Shown in pieces: positions 1 through 9,870 of a DNA stretch of 64,000 nucleotides. Every line of letters starts with the position of its first letter. Within the stretch, counting starts at the first letter, position 1. The translations under genes were made by a program, and so were the position numbers. The notes under the pieces are model-generated. The model was not told the origin of the DNA, did not search any database, and saw only the letters and a program-made list of their open reading frames with translations. Source of the stretch: an uncultured Chloroflexia bacterium (GTDB lineage Bacteria > Chloroflexota > Chloroflexia > QHBQ01 > JADMIH01); contig CAWEQU010000008.1 of the NCBI GenBank assembly GCA_963811305.1, positions 68,539 through 132,538 on the forward strand, given 5' to 3'.

Positions 1-1474
1 CACGATATCCTTGCAGAAGCGAGGGAGCAGAATCGGCTCAGGCGATATAGGCACGCGCCCGGCCTCTATGCGCGACATCTCCAGCAGGTTCTCCACCAGG
101 TCGGCCAGCTTGTCGCTCTCGTCCGAAATGATAGAGACGAACTCCTGCTTGGTCTCTTCATCCCATTGACCATCTACCGCCAGCAGGGTGCGCGCATATC
201 CCTTGATTGACGCCAGGGGCGTGCGCAGCTCATGCGATACCATCGAGACGAACTCATCCTTGAGACGGTTGGCCTCGCGCAATGCGCGGGTCTCGGCGGT
301 CGCCTTGATAAGGTGAGAGTTCTCGATAGCCACAGCAAGCTGGTCGGCTACTCCCTTGAGTATGGCCGTATCCTCATCATCGAAGGCATTGGGGAAGGCC
401 CCCGTAATATCGAGCAGCCCAAGACGCCTCTCCCCCAGGCCAATAGAGACCAGAAGTGCGGATAGCGCCCCCTTCTCAGCGAGCGAGCGGAGCGCAGGAG
501 CCTTTGCCTGGCGCGTATCGACACACAGGAAAGTATCCGCCTCCCCAAGAAGCGCCATCTTGAGCTCGATGTCCCTGCCTGTCACGGAGAGGTCCTTCAC
601 TTCAGGGGCCTCTGAGAATACCGAGTTCAACGGCGCGCCCGTGCGCTCATCCAGAAGGGCGATGCTCGCCCCGTTATGGGGCACGATGCGGTCAATGCCC
701 CGTAGCGCCGTCCTGAAGACTGCATCAAGGTCCAGGGAAGACTTCGTTGATCGAGCGCGCAAGCTCATTTACCAATTCGAGGCGAGCAGCCTTGCGCTCA
801 CTATCCATAAGAAGCATGGAGTTCTCGTGGCTCTGGCGCAGCAGACGCTGAGAGGCGTTACGCACGATGGTGAAGAGGGATACGTAAAGGAAGAGGAAGC
901 CCGTGCCTATACTCAACCACAAATACTGGTTGGTAAAGCTTATTCGCTCACGCACGTCCTCAACGTCATAGTAACCCTCGAATGCACCCAGGATGTCTCC
1001 ACCACCCGATGAGTAGATTGGGGCGTACACCTCCAACAACTGGCCGTAACCTCTCTCCTCGATGTTTTCGGCTTTCTCTAGAGGCGTGATCTCAGCCGTT
1101 GAAGTACCGTCTAGAGACTCCTGAAGCTCCGGGCTGATAGGATAAGAGCGACCTACCAGGTCAGGCTGATCCGAGTAAACTATCATACCCTCGGGGTTCC
1201 ATATCTTTATACGGACGAGTCCTGAGCCGCCAATGGAAGAAAGAGCGCGCTCTATGGTAGCGTAAGTCTCGGTGTAAGCCCCGTGCGCCAGCACTTCCGA
1301 CGTGATATACGGCCCGATTACGGGCGGCACGAGGTCAGTCACTTCTTGCCTGTGCTGATCAACAGCCTGCTGCTCGAAGTGCGTGGTCAGCCCCCACCCC
1401 AGCAACAGTCCGATCACCACGAACAAAGCGAGGCTAGTCAGCGAGAATTTTGTGAGTAGCGTCAACCTTTTCAT
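1..1474 (-). pseudogene. GAF-domain sensor histidine kinase (3' end outside window; apparent 1-nt frameshift)
   Basis: ORF 725-1474 gives the TM/sensor N-terminus (MKRLTLLTKF...). The downstream minus-strand frame reads SLDLDAVFRT, a GAF-like segment and the H-box MVSHELRTPLASIKGY, and runs off at position 1. The two frames differ by 1 nt near 738-742. Confidence 0.8.
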
Positions 1475-1513
1475 ATTCGTAGTCGGTCGCCGTTCAGTTC
1501 AACCCCAAAAGAA

Positions 1514-1593
1514 TCTCTGCGAACTCTGCTTCTCTGCGGTGAACCAATAAATAACTTGGCGTTCTTAGTCATCTTGGCGTCTTGGCGTTTAGA
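1514..1593. repeat. ~80-bp interspersed element, copy A (CTCTGCG words + GTGAACCAATAAATAAC + CTTGGCG words)
   Basis: Near-identical by eye to 3844-3923. Sits between the response regulator stop and the kinase start on the same strand. Confidence 0.8.
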
Positions 1594-1599
1594 CGGGCA

Positions 1600-2307
1600 T
1601 CAGGAGCCGCGTGGCACCTGGAACCTGTACCCGAAGCCTGGCTCAGAGAGGATGTACTGCGGGTTGGAGGGGTCATTTTCCAGTTTCTGGCGTAGCGAGC
1701 GGATGTATACCCAGAGATAGCCGGTCTCATCACGATATTCAGGTCCCCACACCTTGGTGAGCAAGTCTGCGTGAGGTATCAATTTGCCAGGCTGTTGGGC
1801 AAGCTGCTGCAATAGCTTGTACTCGGTGGGCGTGAGCTTTATTTGCTCGCCCGCGCACTCGACCTTGTGCCTGATGAAATCAATCGTCAGCTCCCCCGCC
1901 TGCAAGATATGCTGCGCTTCGTCCGCCGATGCGGGCTGGCTACGCCTCAAGAGCGCCTTTACCCTTGCTACCAACTCGTCGGGGTCGAACGGCTTGGTCA
2001 TATAGTCGTCCGCGCCTATCTCCAGGCCGTGCACCTTCTGGGACTGCTCGCCCATCGCGGTAAGCATGATTATGGGGATGTTCGACGTTTCTCGTATGCG
2101 CTGCGTCACCGCAAAGCCATCCATCCCAGGCATAGTTATGTCAAGCACCACCGCGTCAGGAGGTTCGGCAGCTACTTGATCGAGAGCAGCGGGGCCACTC
2201 GTCGCGCTGCTGACGGTGAAGCCAGCACGCTCCAGGTTGACCCTCACCAGGCGCAGCAGGCGTGGATCATCATCTACTACCAGTACATTCTGCTTAGGTT
2301 GCATCAT
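1600..2307 (-). CDS. OmpR/PhoB-family response regulator (KdpE-like)
   Basis: REC domain (VLVVDDDPRLL...DITMPGMDG) plus a winged-helix C-terminus (LTPTEYKLLQQL...VWGPEYRDETGYLWVYIRSLRQKLE...GFGYRF). Confidence 0.9.
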   Translation of the reverse strand: MMQPKQNVLVVDDDPRLLRLVRVNLERAGFTVSSATSGPAALDQVAAEPPDAVVLDITMPGMDGFAVTQRIRETSNIPIIMLTAMGEQSQKVHGLEIGADDYMTKPFDPDELVARVKALLRRSQPASADEAQHILQAGELTIDFIRHKVECAGEQIKLTPTEYKLLQQLAQQPGKLIPHADLLTKVWGPEYRDETGYLWVYIRSLRQKLENDPSNPQYILSEPGFGYRFQVPRGS

Positions 2308-2506
2308 TTCGTGAAAAGCCTCGGTTTGGGGTCATCATACCGTGTGCGGAGTCGCAAGGAGTGTGCCGCAGTGAAAAGATGCCAGATATAGGTACGTTAG
2401 GGGGTAACACAACAATTCTTAGCAATTCTTAAGGCGTTCTTAAGGCGTCTTGTCGGGCCTTCAGGAGTTTCTCAGGGGCAGACGGGTAAGATTAGGCCAG
2501 AACGAA

Positions 2507-3160
2507 ATGGCACAACACCTAAATCGCATTCCAGGGGGCACCAAGATGAACGCAATCGCTCTTACAACCCAGAACCTGACGAACGCACCGGCTCGCGGCA
2601 AGGCCCAGGCCAGCGTCACCACCAGCACCATCTCGGTGGCGGACCGCAAGCAGGCACTTCAGGAAGTATACGACAAGTATATCGAGCAGATTTACAAGTT
2701 CGTATATTTCAAGGTCGGGAACCGCGAAGATGCCGAGGATATCGTCTCGCAGGTGTTCATCAAGGCCGCTCGCTCCCTCGACGTAGCCCAGGAAGAGCAA
2801 GTGATGCTCGGCTGGCTCTACCAGGTAGCCCGCACCACTATCACCGACCACTGGCGCAGCTACTACAAAGGCCCCTCTACCAGCCTCGAAGCGATGGAAG
2901 AGGAAAGCAACCTCTACCTGGCAGCCGAACCTGTTTACATCGGCGACGCAGAAGACGCCACAAGCGAGGCCCCTGCTAAGGTGCAGGCTATCCTTGAAGT
3001 GCTCCCTGAGAATTACCGGCGCGTGTTGCAGTTCCGCTTCCTCCAGGGCTGCTCGCTCAAGGAGACCGCCGAGGCGATGGGCATTACCGAAGGCAACGCT
3101 AAAGTCCTCCAGCACCGCGCCCTCCAGAAGGCCGTCAATCTGGGCGCTCAATTTATGTAA
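2507..3160 (+). CDS. ECF-type sigma-70 family sigma factor
   Basis: Region 2 (IYKFVYFKVGNREDAEDIVSQVFIKA) and region 4 (LPENYRRVLQFRFLQGCSLKETAEAMGITEGNAKVLQHRALQKA). Start is uncertain: the ORF opens at 2450 (TTG), with ATGs at 2507 and 2546. Confidence 0.85.
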   Translation: MAQHLNRIPGGTKMNAIALTTQNLTNAPARGKAQASVTTSTISVADRKQALQEVYDKYIEQIYKFVYFKVGNREDAEDIVSQVFIKAARSLDVAQEEQVMLGWLYQVARTTITDHWRSYYKGPSTSLEAMEEESNLYLAAEPVYIGDAEDATSEAPAKVQAILEVLPENYRRVLQFRFLQGCSLKETAEAMGITEGNAKVLQHRALQKAVNLGAQFM

Positions 3161-3178
3161 TCTTCCTTCCCTCCTCCG

Positions 3179-3219
3179 ACGCCAAAATGCCTCGCGTCTA
3201 ACACGAGGCATTTTGGCGT
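3179..3219 (+). terminator. 16-bp stem hairpin after the ECF sigma gene
   Basis: ACGCCAAAATGCCTCG / CGAGGCATTTTGGCGT with a 9-nt loop, about 20 nt after the stop codon. Confidence 0.6.
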
Positions 3220-3424
3220 GCGGCAACCATAAATGTTAGAATACGCGGTATGGCAGATACCGACCAGGATAAGAAGCTACCGGAAGCCCCCACGCCTCGA
3301 AGAGGGCATGTTCGACGCCCCCCACTTGCCGAGATAGAACTCCTGGGAGCGGTGGCAGGCATGGAAGCGTGGGGAGCGCAAGCGCGCTCTACCGTGGTTC
3401 GGGCTTCTGGTAGGGTTCTGCTTC

Positions 3425-3751
3425 GTGCTGGCCGGTATGTACTCGTTCTTTTTCTTCTCGACCAGCCTCACCGGGGACACTATCGCGCAGGTGGGGCTGA
3501 CGCTGGTGTTCGTAGCCTTCATGTTCGCGCTCTGGCGGCGCATCTCGCCCAGGCGTGGGTTCGCCCTGTACGTCGTTGGAGCGATGCTAGGGGTATCGGG
3601 AGGCGCGTTCCTGCTGTGGCTGCTGGCCTACAGGCTGAGCGGCTGGAACCCCTGGGTCGCCATACTCGGCACGCCTCTACTGGGGTTTGTGGGCATCTTC
3701 ATCGGCCTCCCTTCTCTCAATGCCCTGGCGCGGACCGAGCGTGAAACGTGA
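3425..3751 (+). CDS. small multi-pass membrane protein (possible ECF partner)
   Basis: Hydrophobic helices (FFFFSTSL.., LTLVFVAFMFALW, FALYVVGAMLGVSGGAFLLWLLA, VAILGTPLLGFVGIFIGL). It may start at ATG 3250 in another frame (MADTDQDKKLPE...) if a frameshift lies near 3335-3345. Confidence 0.5.
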   Translation: MLAGMYSFFFFSTSLTGDTIAQVGLTLVFVAFMFALWRRISPRRGFALYVVGAMLGVSGGAFLLWLLAYRLSGWNPWVAILGTPLLGFVGIFIGLPSLNALARTERET

Positions 3752-3836
3752 TGAGTGAGGACGGACGACGGACGACGGACGATGAAACGTGATGCGTGAG
3801 ATTAGTGTCTAACTCGTAATTCGTAATTCGTAATTC
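3741..3836. repeat. mosaic heptamer array: (GACGACG)n - GAAACGTGATGCGTGAG - (CGTAATT)3
   Basis: Tandem 7-nt periodicity read directly from the sequence. The array begins at the stop codon of the upstream CDS. Confidence 0.85.
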
Positions 3837-3843
3837 CATAAAA

Positions 3844-3923
3844 CCTCTGCGCACTCTGCGCCTCTGCGGTGAACCAATAAATAACTTGGCGTTCTTTGCT
3901 ATCTTGGCGTCTTGGCGTTTAGA
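3844..3923. repeat. ~80-bp interspersed element, copy B
   Basis: Matches 1514-1593 (CTCTGCGCACTCTGCGCCTCTGCGGTGAACCAATAAATAACTTGGCGTTCTT..ATCTTGGCGTCTTGGCGTTTAGA). Followed by two TTTGAAC units at 3927-3947. Confidence 0.8.
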
Positions 3924-3956
3924 TGGTTTTGAACTTTGAACTTTGGGAGGGGAAAG

Positions 3957-4280
3957 ATGGCTGCTCTCATGAAGAATTGGCCGCGCATAGTGATGTGGGC
4001 GCTGGTGCTTGGGGTCTTGACCAGCCTGATCGCGGACTGGGGAGAGTGGGACCGCATACTGGTCAATTTTCTCTGGCGCGCGCTTATCATAGCCGTGGGA
4101 GGGCTAGTCGGGCTGGTGCTCAACTTCTTCGCATCGGGCTACGTGAGCATGGGCACTAACGTCGTCGAGAGCATGGGGATAGTCCGCTTCAGTGAGGACA
4201 GGGATCAGAAGATAGCAAACGCCTTCATCTTCGTGGGCGCGCTTCTTGGGGCAATCGTCGCACTGATATTCGTGAAGTAA
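3957..4280 (+). CDS. small membrane protein (hypothetical)
   Basis: GGGAGGGGA Shine-Dalgarno before ATG 3957. Three predicted helices (IVMWALVLGVLTSLI, ALIIAVGGLVGLVLNFF, FIFVGALLGAIVALIFV). Confidence 0.55.
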   Translation: MAALMKNWPRIVMWALVLGVLTSLIADWGEWDRILVNFLWRALIIAVGGLVGLVLNFFASGYVSMGTNVVESMGIVRFSEDRDQKIANAFIFVGALLGAIVALIFVK

Positions 4281-4324
4281 GGCAATAGTATATGCGCTTC
4301 AGCACTCAGCGAATACTTCCCCGA

Positions 4325-4840
4325 TTAGAGAGACAGCACTTCCCGCAGGTCTGTAATGTCACTCCCGAAGCGCCGGAACCCCACACCCATTCGCTCGCAC
4401 TGCCCCCTATAAATCTGCGAAGGGTCATCATCTACGAGCAGAACGTCACGTGTATCTATGGCGTATCCATCGCGGCGGGCGGCGGCCAGCATCTTGTCGA
4501 GCATACGATCTTTGTTCGAGTGCCACTCCGCGACTACATAATCTATACTGTCGAGCAGACCGAACGTCTCCAGTATTCGGCATACGTTCACCTCGTGATT
4601 GTAGCTGACGACGCCAACCAGCACACCGAGCGCGCGCAGGGCACCTATTACCTCCCTGGCTTCGGGGCGTAGCGCGAAGAGCGCACCATCATCGCGGCGC
4701 GCTATAAGGGGATTGCCATCTATTGGGTGGTAGGTGAAGCTAGGGTCTCCGAGATCATCGGTGGGGGTGCGGTCAGAGAGGTTGACCCCGCTGAGGGGGG
4801 TCCAGAGGGTATCGTCCCCGTCGAAAGCTACGAGTTTCAT
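4325..4840 (-). CDS. HAD-superfamily phosphatase (magnesium-dependent phosphatase-1-like)
   Basis: Motif I FDGDDTLW, motif II VVSYN, and a later NKD..LLVDDD. The ORF opens at 4924 (GTG); I prefer ATG 4840 (MKLVAFDGDD). Confidence 0.7.
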   Translation of the reverse strand: MKLVAFDGDDTLWTPLSGVNLSDRTPTDDLGDPSFTYHPIDGNPLIARRDDGALFALRPEAREVIGALRALGVLVGVVSYNHEVNVCRILETFGLLDSIDYVVAEWHSNKDRMLDKMLAAARRDGYAIDTRDVLLVDDDPSQIYRGQCERMGVGFRRFGSDITDLREVLSL

Positions 4841-4929
4841 GCCCAAGAGTGGGGTCCTATGAGCGACGATAGGCCAGGCCACACTCCTACGGGAGTGAGG
4901 CAGGGCACAGAGCCGCCGGGGCACGGGCT

Positions 4930-5232
4930 TTACCTGTAGCGGAAGGTGATACGGCCTTTCGACAGGTCGTATGGTGAGAGTTCTACCAGCACGCGGTCAC
5001 CCGGCACTATCCTGATATAGTTAGTGCGCATCTTGCCTGATATGTGGCCCAGAATCCTGTGCCCGTTCTCAAGCTCGATGTTGAACAACGTGTTGGGGAG
5101 CGCGTCCACGACCGTGCCATCCATAGTGATTACGTCATCACGAGTACGGCGTGGGGTCGCTGGGGTCGCTGTTGCTGGATTTGCCGCGGGCTTGTGTACC
5201 TGCGGTCTTTTGTGGAATTGCTTTTTCTTCAT
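4930..5232 (-). CDS. infA: translation initiation factor IF-1 with a basic N-terminal extension
   Basis: C-terminal 70 aa: [73 protein letters not shown] lies upstream of the MKKKQFHK start. Confidence 0.9.
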   Translation of the reverse strand: MKKKQFHKRPQVHKPAANPATATPATPRRTRDDVITMDGTVVDALPNTLFNIELENGHRILGHISGKMRTNYIRIVPGDRVLVELSPYDLSKGRITFRYR

Positions 5233-5522
5233 CCGGTAAGCGGTCTCCTCCTTTGGAGATAAGAACGAAATAGCTTTATTGCCTCGCCAAATTGAGGGCA
5301 ATAAAATAGCCGGGGCGTCGTGCCCGGCTCCACCTCTCCCATCCTGGCCCCCTCTTTTGGCCCGGAAAAGGGTGTCAAGAGGCAAGCAGATATTTCGAGA
5401 TAGAGTAGGGACACATTGTTAGCTCCTCTGGGCGTTATGTTGCGCACAACGCCGCTATGCTACACATAGATTATACACCCATCACGTATAAAATACAATA
5501 CCCTGAGTGTCTCCGGATGCGA

Positions 5523-5552
5523 TTGACGGGATGTAACATATGTTTGTATAAT
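5523..5552 (+). promoter_or_regulatory. sigma-70-like promoter (TTGACG-18-TATAAT)
   Basis: Hexamers read directly, about 110 nt upstream of the activator gene. Confidence 0.4.
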
Positions 5553-5663
5553 CTAGTGCGGCGCAAACCTAATCTCTGCATAATCGCCTGCTCTTAGCCT
5601 GGCTGCGGCAGAACCCCTATTCGTGCTACCCTATACCCACACGTCCAGCAGGCAAGGAAATCT

Positions 5664-7177
5664 ATGCCAACCAAGCACAACATCACCACCAAGCCAGATA
5701 TCCACAAACTTGCCCTCAACGGGGAGAATCAGGCTGAAAAGATTACTATGACCGCCATCGAAGCCTCCACCGCAGCCACTGATCCCACGTCCACCGCAGT
5801 AACAGACACAGAACGCCGCATCCTGGTGGCGGACGACGACGCGGATATCCGCATCCTCCTCAAGACCTTCCTCGAAGATGAAGGGTATACGGTCTCAGAA
5901 GCCGCCAACGGGCAAGACGCGCTGGAGGGGGTGAGGAGCGGCGCTTACGACCTCGTGCTGCTCGATATGCGGCTGCCGGGTATGACCGGCATGGACGTGC
6001 TCAAGCAGTTACGGGAGAAGCAAGGCAACGTGCCGGTGATCCTCATCACCGCCTACGGCTCCCCCAATATCGCGATCCAGGCGTCTTCTCTGGGCGCATA
6101 CAGCTATCATCACCAAGCCGTTCGAGCTTGACGACGTACTCCTCACGATAAGCCGCTATTTCGAGCGCCAGCAACTCATGGAGGAGGTTCGCACCCTACG
6201 CTCCCAGATGGAGCCGCGAGACCCCTCGGAGCGCATCATCGGCAACTCCCCTGCCATGCACCAGATTTACATGATGGTCGGGCGCTCCGCTTCCACCGAG
6301 GCGACAGTGCTGATTACGGGCGAGACGGGCACGGGCAAGGAGCTTGTCGCGCACGTCATCCACTCCAACTCCACCTACAGGCACGGCCCACTCATAAAGG
6401 TGAACTGCGCCGCCCTCCCAGAAACGCTGTTGGAGAGCGAGCTATTCGGGCATGAGAAGGGTGCGTTCACGAACGCCCTCACCCAGCGCAAGGGGCGCTT
6501 CGAGATGGCCCACAAGGGTAGCATCTTCCTCGACGAGATCGGCGAGATGACCCTCAGCACCCAGCGCAAGCTGTTGCGCGTATTGCAGGAGCGCGAGTTC
6601 GAGCGCGTAGGCGGCTCCCTCCCCATCAAGGTGGATACGCGCATCATCGCGGCTACCAATAAGAACCTGGAGGCTGAGGTGGACGCTGGGCGCTTCCGCG
6701 AGGACCTCTATTATCGCTTGAACGTGATTCGCATCAACATGCCGCCCCATGCGCGAGCGCTTGGACGACATCCCATTATTGGTGGAGCACTTCCTCGACA
6801 AGCACCGTTACAATCCCAATTCACCCCCGGCGCGCATAAGCGAAGAGGCAATGCAGGTGCTGGTAAAGCATGAGTGGCCGGGCAACGTGCGCGAGCTAGA
6901 GAACACAGTGCAGCGCGCCATCGTCCTGTCGCAGGGCGGCATCATCACGAGCCATCACATCCTCCTATCCAATTTCGGTGATAGGCAGGTAGTGGATATA
7001 GGTCGCCTGGTGCGCGAAGGCACCCCGCTCATGGAGATATTAGAGCAAGTAGAGAAGCAGGCCCTCACCGAGGCGATGCAGTCGTCCAAAGGTGATAGGA
7101 GCGAGGCCGCGAGGTTGCTGGGGCTGGAGCGCCCGGTCTTTTACGAGAAGCTGAAAGAGTTTGGGCTATCTTCCTAG
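5664..7177 (+). pseudogene. sigma-54-dependent Fis-family response regulator (NtrC-type), two apparent frameshifts
   Basis: REC (ILVADDDADIR..LLDMRLPGMTG) in 5664-6131. AAA+ sigma-54 interaction domain ([32 protein letters not shown]) in 6178-6873. C-terminus (WPGNVRELEN..HTH SEAARLLGLERPVFYEKLK) in 6749-7177. Shifts lie near 6105 and at the CCCC run 6745-6748. Confidence 0.88.
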
Positions 7178-7185
7178 CTAAATCT

Positions 7186-7236
7186 ATTATTCTTATCAAA
7201 ATGAGCGCCTGCGGCGCTCATTTTGATAAGAATAAT
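7186..7236. terminator. 24-bp perfect-stem bidirectional terminator hairpin
   Basis: ATTATTCTTATCAAAATGAGCGCC tgc GGCGCTCATTTTGATAAGAATAAT, between convergent genes. The core is shared with 13668-13714. Confidence 0.7.
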
Positions 7237-7252
7237 GTTCTATATTTTCCCT

Positions 7253-8440
7253 TCATCCAGCCCTTGTAGGGCGTGTTCGCGGAGAGTGGGGCCTGTACTT
7301 CTCGATGTTTGCGTCCAGCCAGGCACGTATGTATTTTTGGTAGGCTACAGTGGTCAGCACGATCATAAGGCCGATAAAAGCCAGGGCGATTGGGAAAGCC
7401 GTAGAACCTTCAAATGTCCTGTAAGCCAGGTAGGTCAGATAGCCGTAACAACCAAGGGCGCCAAAGACCAGGAAGACGGGGCGCTGCAACCATACGCTGG
7501 CGACCACAAAGCTTAGATAGATGAGTATGAAGACCAGGCCCAGGATGCCTTCCTTCCGGTAGGTGAGCGTCGAGAGATTTCCAAGAAGTACCAGGTGGCC
7601 GGCGAGATAGAGCCAACGGCTGTAGTCCTCGCGGGTACGGCGTTGCAGGAGGAAGCCGATGAGCAGCATCACTACCCCTACCACAACGCTCACCAGCTGC
7701 TCCCGGTCGTCATACTCCGCGATAGGGGTTTGGGCCACCCAGCGAGCTAGGTCCATTGAAAGATACCAACCCCAGAACGCGATAAGCATGGTAACAAGTG
7801 GGAAGCGAATCAGCCTTATGACGATCAGGGCGGCGAGGATGCTGACTACCTCAAGATAGACCCAGTACGGCCTGATGGTCCGGTGGAAATCGTCATAGCC
7901 GGGGCTGCTGTAGTCTGGCGTTTGGGGCCATATGCCGACCGCTTGCGCGAATGTGTAGGCGACAAGAGGTATTATGCCCGTGCCCGCGAAGATGAGTACG
8001 TTACCGGCCATCGAGAAGGCGCTTCGCTTGAGAAGAGCGCCGATAGTCCAGAGGATGGCAGTCGTAAAAGCGGAAATGAGAAACTGGCCCAGATAGCCGA
8101 TAGATTGCCATTGAAGACCGACGAAGAAGGTGTAGGCCAGCAAGATCATGAAGCCGCCGAAGTAGTAGGCAATCGTAATCATGTCTAGCGCCTTGCGTGG
8201 CTCATGCCCGGCAGGCGCCTCTATAGCAGAAGGCCCCGACTCTTCAACATGACGCCGGATGGCGAGCGATTGCTTCGCCGTAATAAGTCCCTGCTCTACC
8301 CATTTTTCGACGTCAGCCCACGTGAAATGAAGGTTAGTGTTACTGTTTGGCACGATTCTGCCCTCCTCTGTTGGGGTCGCCCCTGCAATACTCTCTGCCA
8401 GATTGATTGTAGCACCCACCTCCAAACTGCGAAACGGCAA
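7253..8440 (-). CDS. polytopic membrane protein (DUF2157-like, tentative)
   Basis: Soluble N-terminus (HFTWADVEKWVEQGLITAKQSLAIRRHVEE) followed by about 10 hydrophobic helices. The family assignment is from memory only. Confidence 0.55.
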   Translation of the reverse strand: MPFRSLEVGATINLAESIAGATPTEEGRIVPNSNTNLHFTWADVEKWVEQGLITAKQSLAIRRHVEESGPSAIEAPAGHEPRKALDMITIAYYFGGFMILLAYTFFVGLQWQSIGYLGQFLISAFTTAILWTIGALLKRSAFSMAGNVLIFAGTGIIPLVAYTFAQAVGIWPQTPDYSSPGYDDFHRTIRPYWVYLEVVSILAALIVIRLIRFPLVTMLIAFWGWYLSMDLARWVAQTPIAEYDDREQLVSVVVGVVMLLIGFLLQRRTREDYSRWLYLAGHLVLLGNLSTLTYRKEGILGLVFILIYLSFVVASVWLQRPVFLVFGALGCYGYLTYLAYRTFEGSTAFPIALAFIGLMIVLTTVAYQKYIRAWLDANIEKYRPHSPRTRPTRAG

Positions 8441-8552
8441 CTTTGCCTAATTTAGGCGTAATGGCGCGCGATCTTAGAGAAAAGCCTAGGCAGTTGTGCC
8501 TAGCGGCTGTGTTCGTCACTCCAAGTAGGTTATGTGTTCAGGAAGATGAATG

Positions 8553-8581
8553 TTGACAAACAAACCCTCTTGTGCTACTTT
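8553..8581 (+). promoter_or_regulatory. sigma-70-like promoter (TTGACA-17-TACTTT) upstream of amt
   Basis: Hexamers read directly. The palindrome GCTACTTTGTAGC (8574-8586) overlaps the -10 element. Confidence 0.4.
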
Positions 8582-8646
8582 GTAGCGCATTCCAGAATAC
8601 GTTCCTGCTGACTGGTAACTTCCTTTAGCTACAAAGGAGTAGAAGC

Positions 8647-9870
8647 ATGGACAAATTAAACGCTGGGGACACCACTTTAGTCCTCATAAGCGCGGCTTTG
8701 GTTGCTCTTATGACGCCGGGACTGGCCTTCTTCTATGGAGGTCTAGTTCGCCGTAAGAACGTCCTGTCGGTCATGATGCAAAGCTTCATTTCCATGGGCG
8801 TAGTAACGATAATCTGGATATTCGTTGGTTTCAGTCTGGCCTTCTCAGGAGATTACCTGGGGCTGATCGGAGGCTTCGATTATGTCGGGTTGCGTGGAGT
8901 GGGATACGCACCCAACCCTACCTATGCGCCGACCATTCCGTTTCTGGTCTACTTCCTCTTCCAGGAGATGTTTGCTGTTATCACCCCGGCTCTCATCACC
9001 GGAGCCTTCGCTGACCGGGTGAACTTCAAGAGCTACTTGAAGTTCCTCGTCTTGTGGAGCTTGTTTGTCTACATACCTTTCGCGCATTGGGTTTGGGGAG
9101 GCGGCTTCCTCGCCCAGTGGGGGGTGAAGGACTTCGCGGGTGGCATAGTGGTCCACCTGAGCGCCGGAATAGCGGCACTCGCCTCTGTATTCGTTGTGGG
9201 CAAGCGAAAGCTCCACCCTGGCGAGAAGCTGCTTCCACACAACATCGCTTTCGTCGCGCTAGGTACGGGGCTGCTCTGGTTCGGCTGGTTCGGCTTCAAC
9301 GGCGGGAGCGCCCTGGCGGCCAATGGCGTCGCCGCTATCGCCTTCGTGAACACCGATATAGCCGCCTCCGTTGCGATGATTACCTGGCTCGCTATATCGT
9401 GGTTCCGTGACACCAGGCCAAGTATGGTGGGTGCTCTGACCGGTGCGGTGGCCGGCTTGGCGACCATTACCCCGGCAGCGGGTTACGTGAAACCCTGGGC
9501 GGCCGGAGTCATCGGCCTGTTAGCGGGCGTTATATGTTACTATGCCGTGCAATTCCGAATAAAACGGGACTGGGACGACGCCCTGGACGTATGGGGAGTA
9601 CACGGCGTGGGTGGTGCTCTGGGTGTAATACTGATGGGCGTCTTCGCCAGCGCGACCGTCAATGGTGTAGCAGGTCTGATAGAGGGCAACGCACAGCAGT
9701 TTGGAGTACAGGTCCTGGCTGTTGCAATCACAGGCGCCTATTCCTTCGGGGTTACATACGCTATCTTGAAGGTACTCAATATCTTCGAGCCGGTGCGGGT
9801 CTCGGAAGAGGCCGAAGCCGAGGGGCTTGATACTTTCCTGCATGGCGAGACGGCTTACGATAGCATGTAA
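8647..9870 (+). CDS. amtB: ammonium transporter (Amt family)
   Basis: 407 aa, 11-12 TM helices, with Amt signatures (AFFYGGLVRRKNV, DFAGGIVVHLSAGIAAL, LGTGLLWFGWFGFNGGSA, DVWGVHGVGGALG). Confidence 0.95.
   Translation: MDKLNAGDTTLVLISAALVALMTPGLAFFYGGLVRRKNVLSVMMQSFISMGVVTIIWIFVGFSLAFSGDYLGLIGGFDYVGLRGVGYAPNPTYAPTIPFLVYFLFQEMFAVITPALITGAFADRVNFKSYLKFLVLWSLFVYIPFAHWVWGGGFLAQWGVKDFAGGIVVHLSAGIAALASVFVVGKRKLHPGEKLLPHNIAFVALGTGLLWFGWFGFNGGSALAANGVAAIAFVNTDIAASVAMITWLAISWFRDTRPSMVGALTGAVAGLATITPAAGYVKPWAAGVIGLLAGVICYYAVQFRIKRDWDDALDVWGVHGVGGALGVILMGVFASATVNGVAGLIEGNAQQFGVQVLAVAITGAYSFGVTYAILKVLNIFEPVRVSEEAEAEGLDTFLHGETAYDSM

Noticed and set aside
2519-3226. Long antisense 'shadow' ORFs. Others are at 22415-23146 (+), 42172-43182 (+), 43661-44461 (+), 53465-54442 (-) and 27318-28343 (+).
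   Set aside because: Each lies opposite a gene with clear family motifs. They have Arg/Ala/Gly-rich, low-complexity composition typical of high-GC antisense frames.
3250-3744. 164-aa ORF overlapping the small membrane protein gene.
   Set aside because: After about 30 residues it becomes Arg/Ala/Gly-rich out-of-frame sequence. Only its first part may be real, if a frameshift joins it to the 3425-3751 frame.
8574-8642. Hairpin pairing GCTACTTTGTAGC with AGCTACAAAGGAGTAG as an RBS-sequestering riboswitch for amt.
   Set aside because: The left arm overlaps the predicted -10 element and would mostly lie upstream of the transcription start. It has no resemblance to known nitrogen riboswitch motifs. 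It is kept only as a possible DNA operator.
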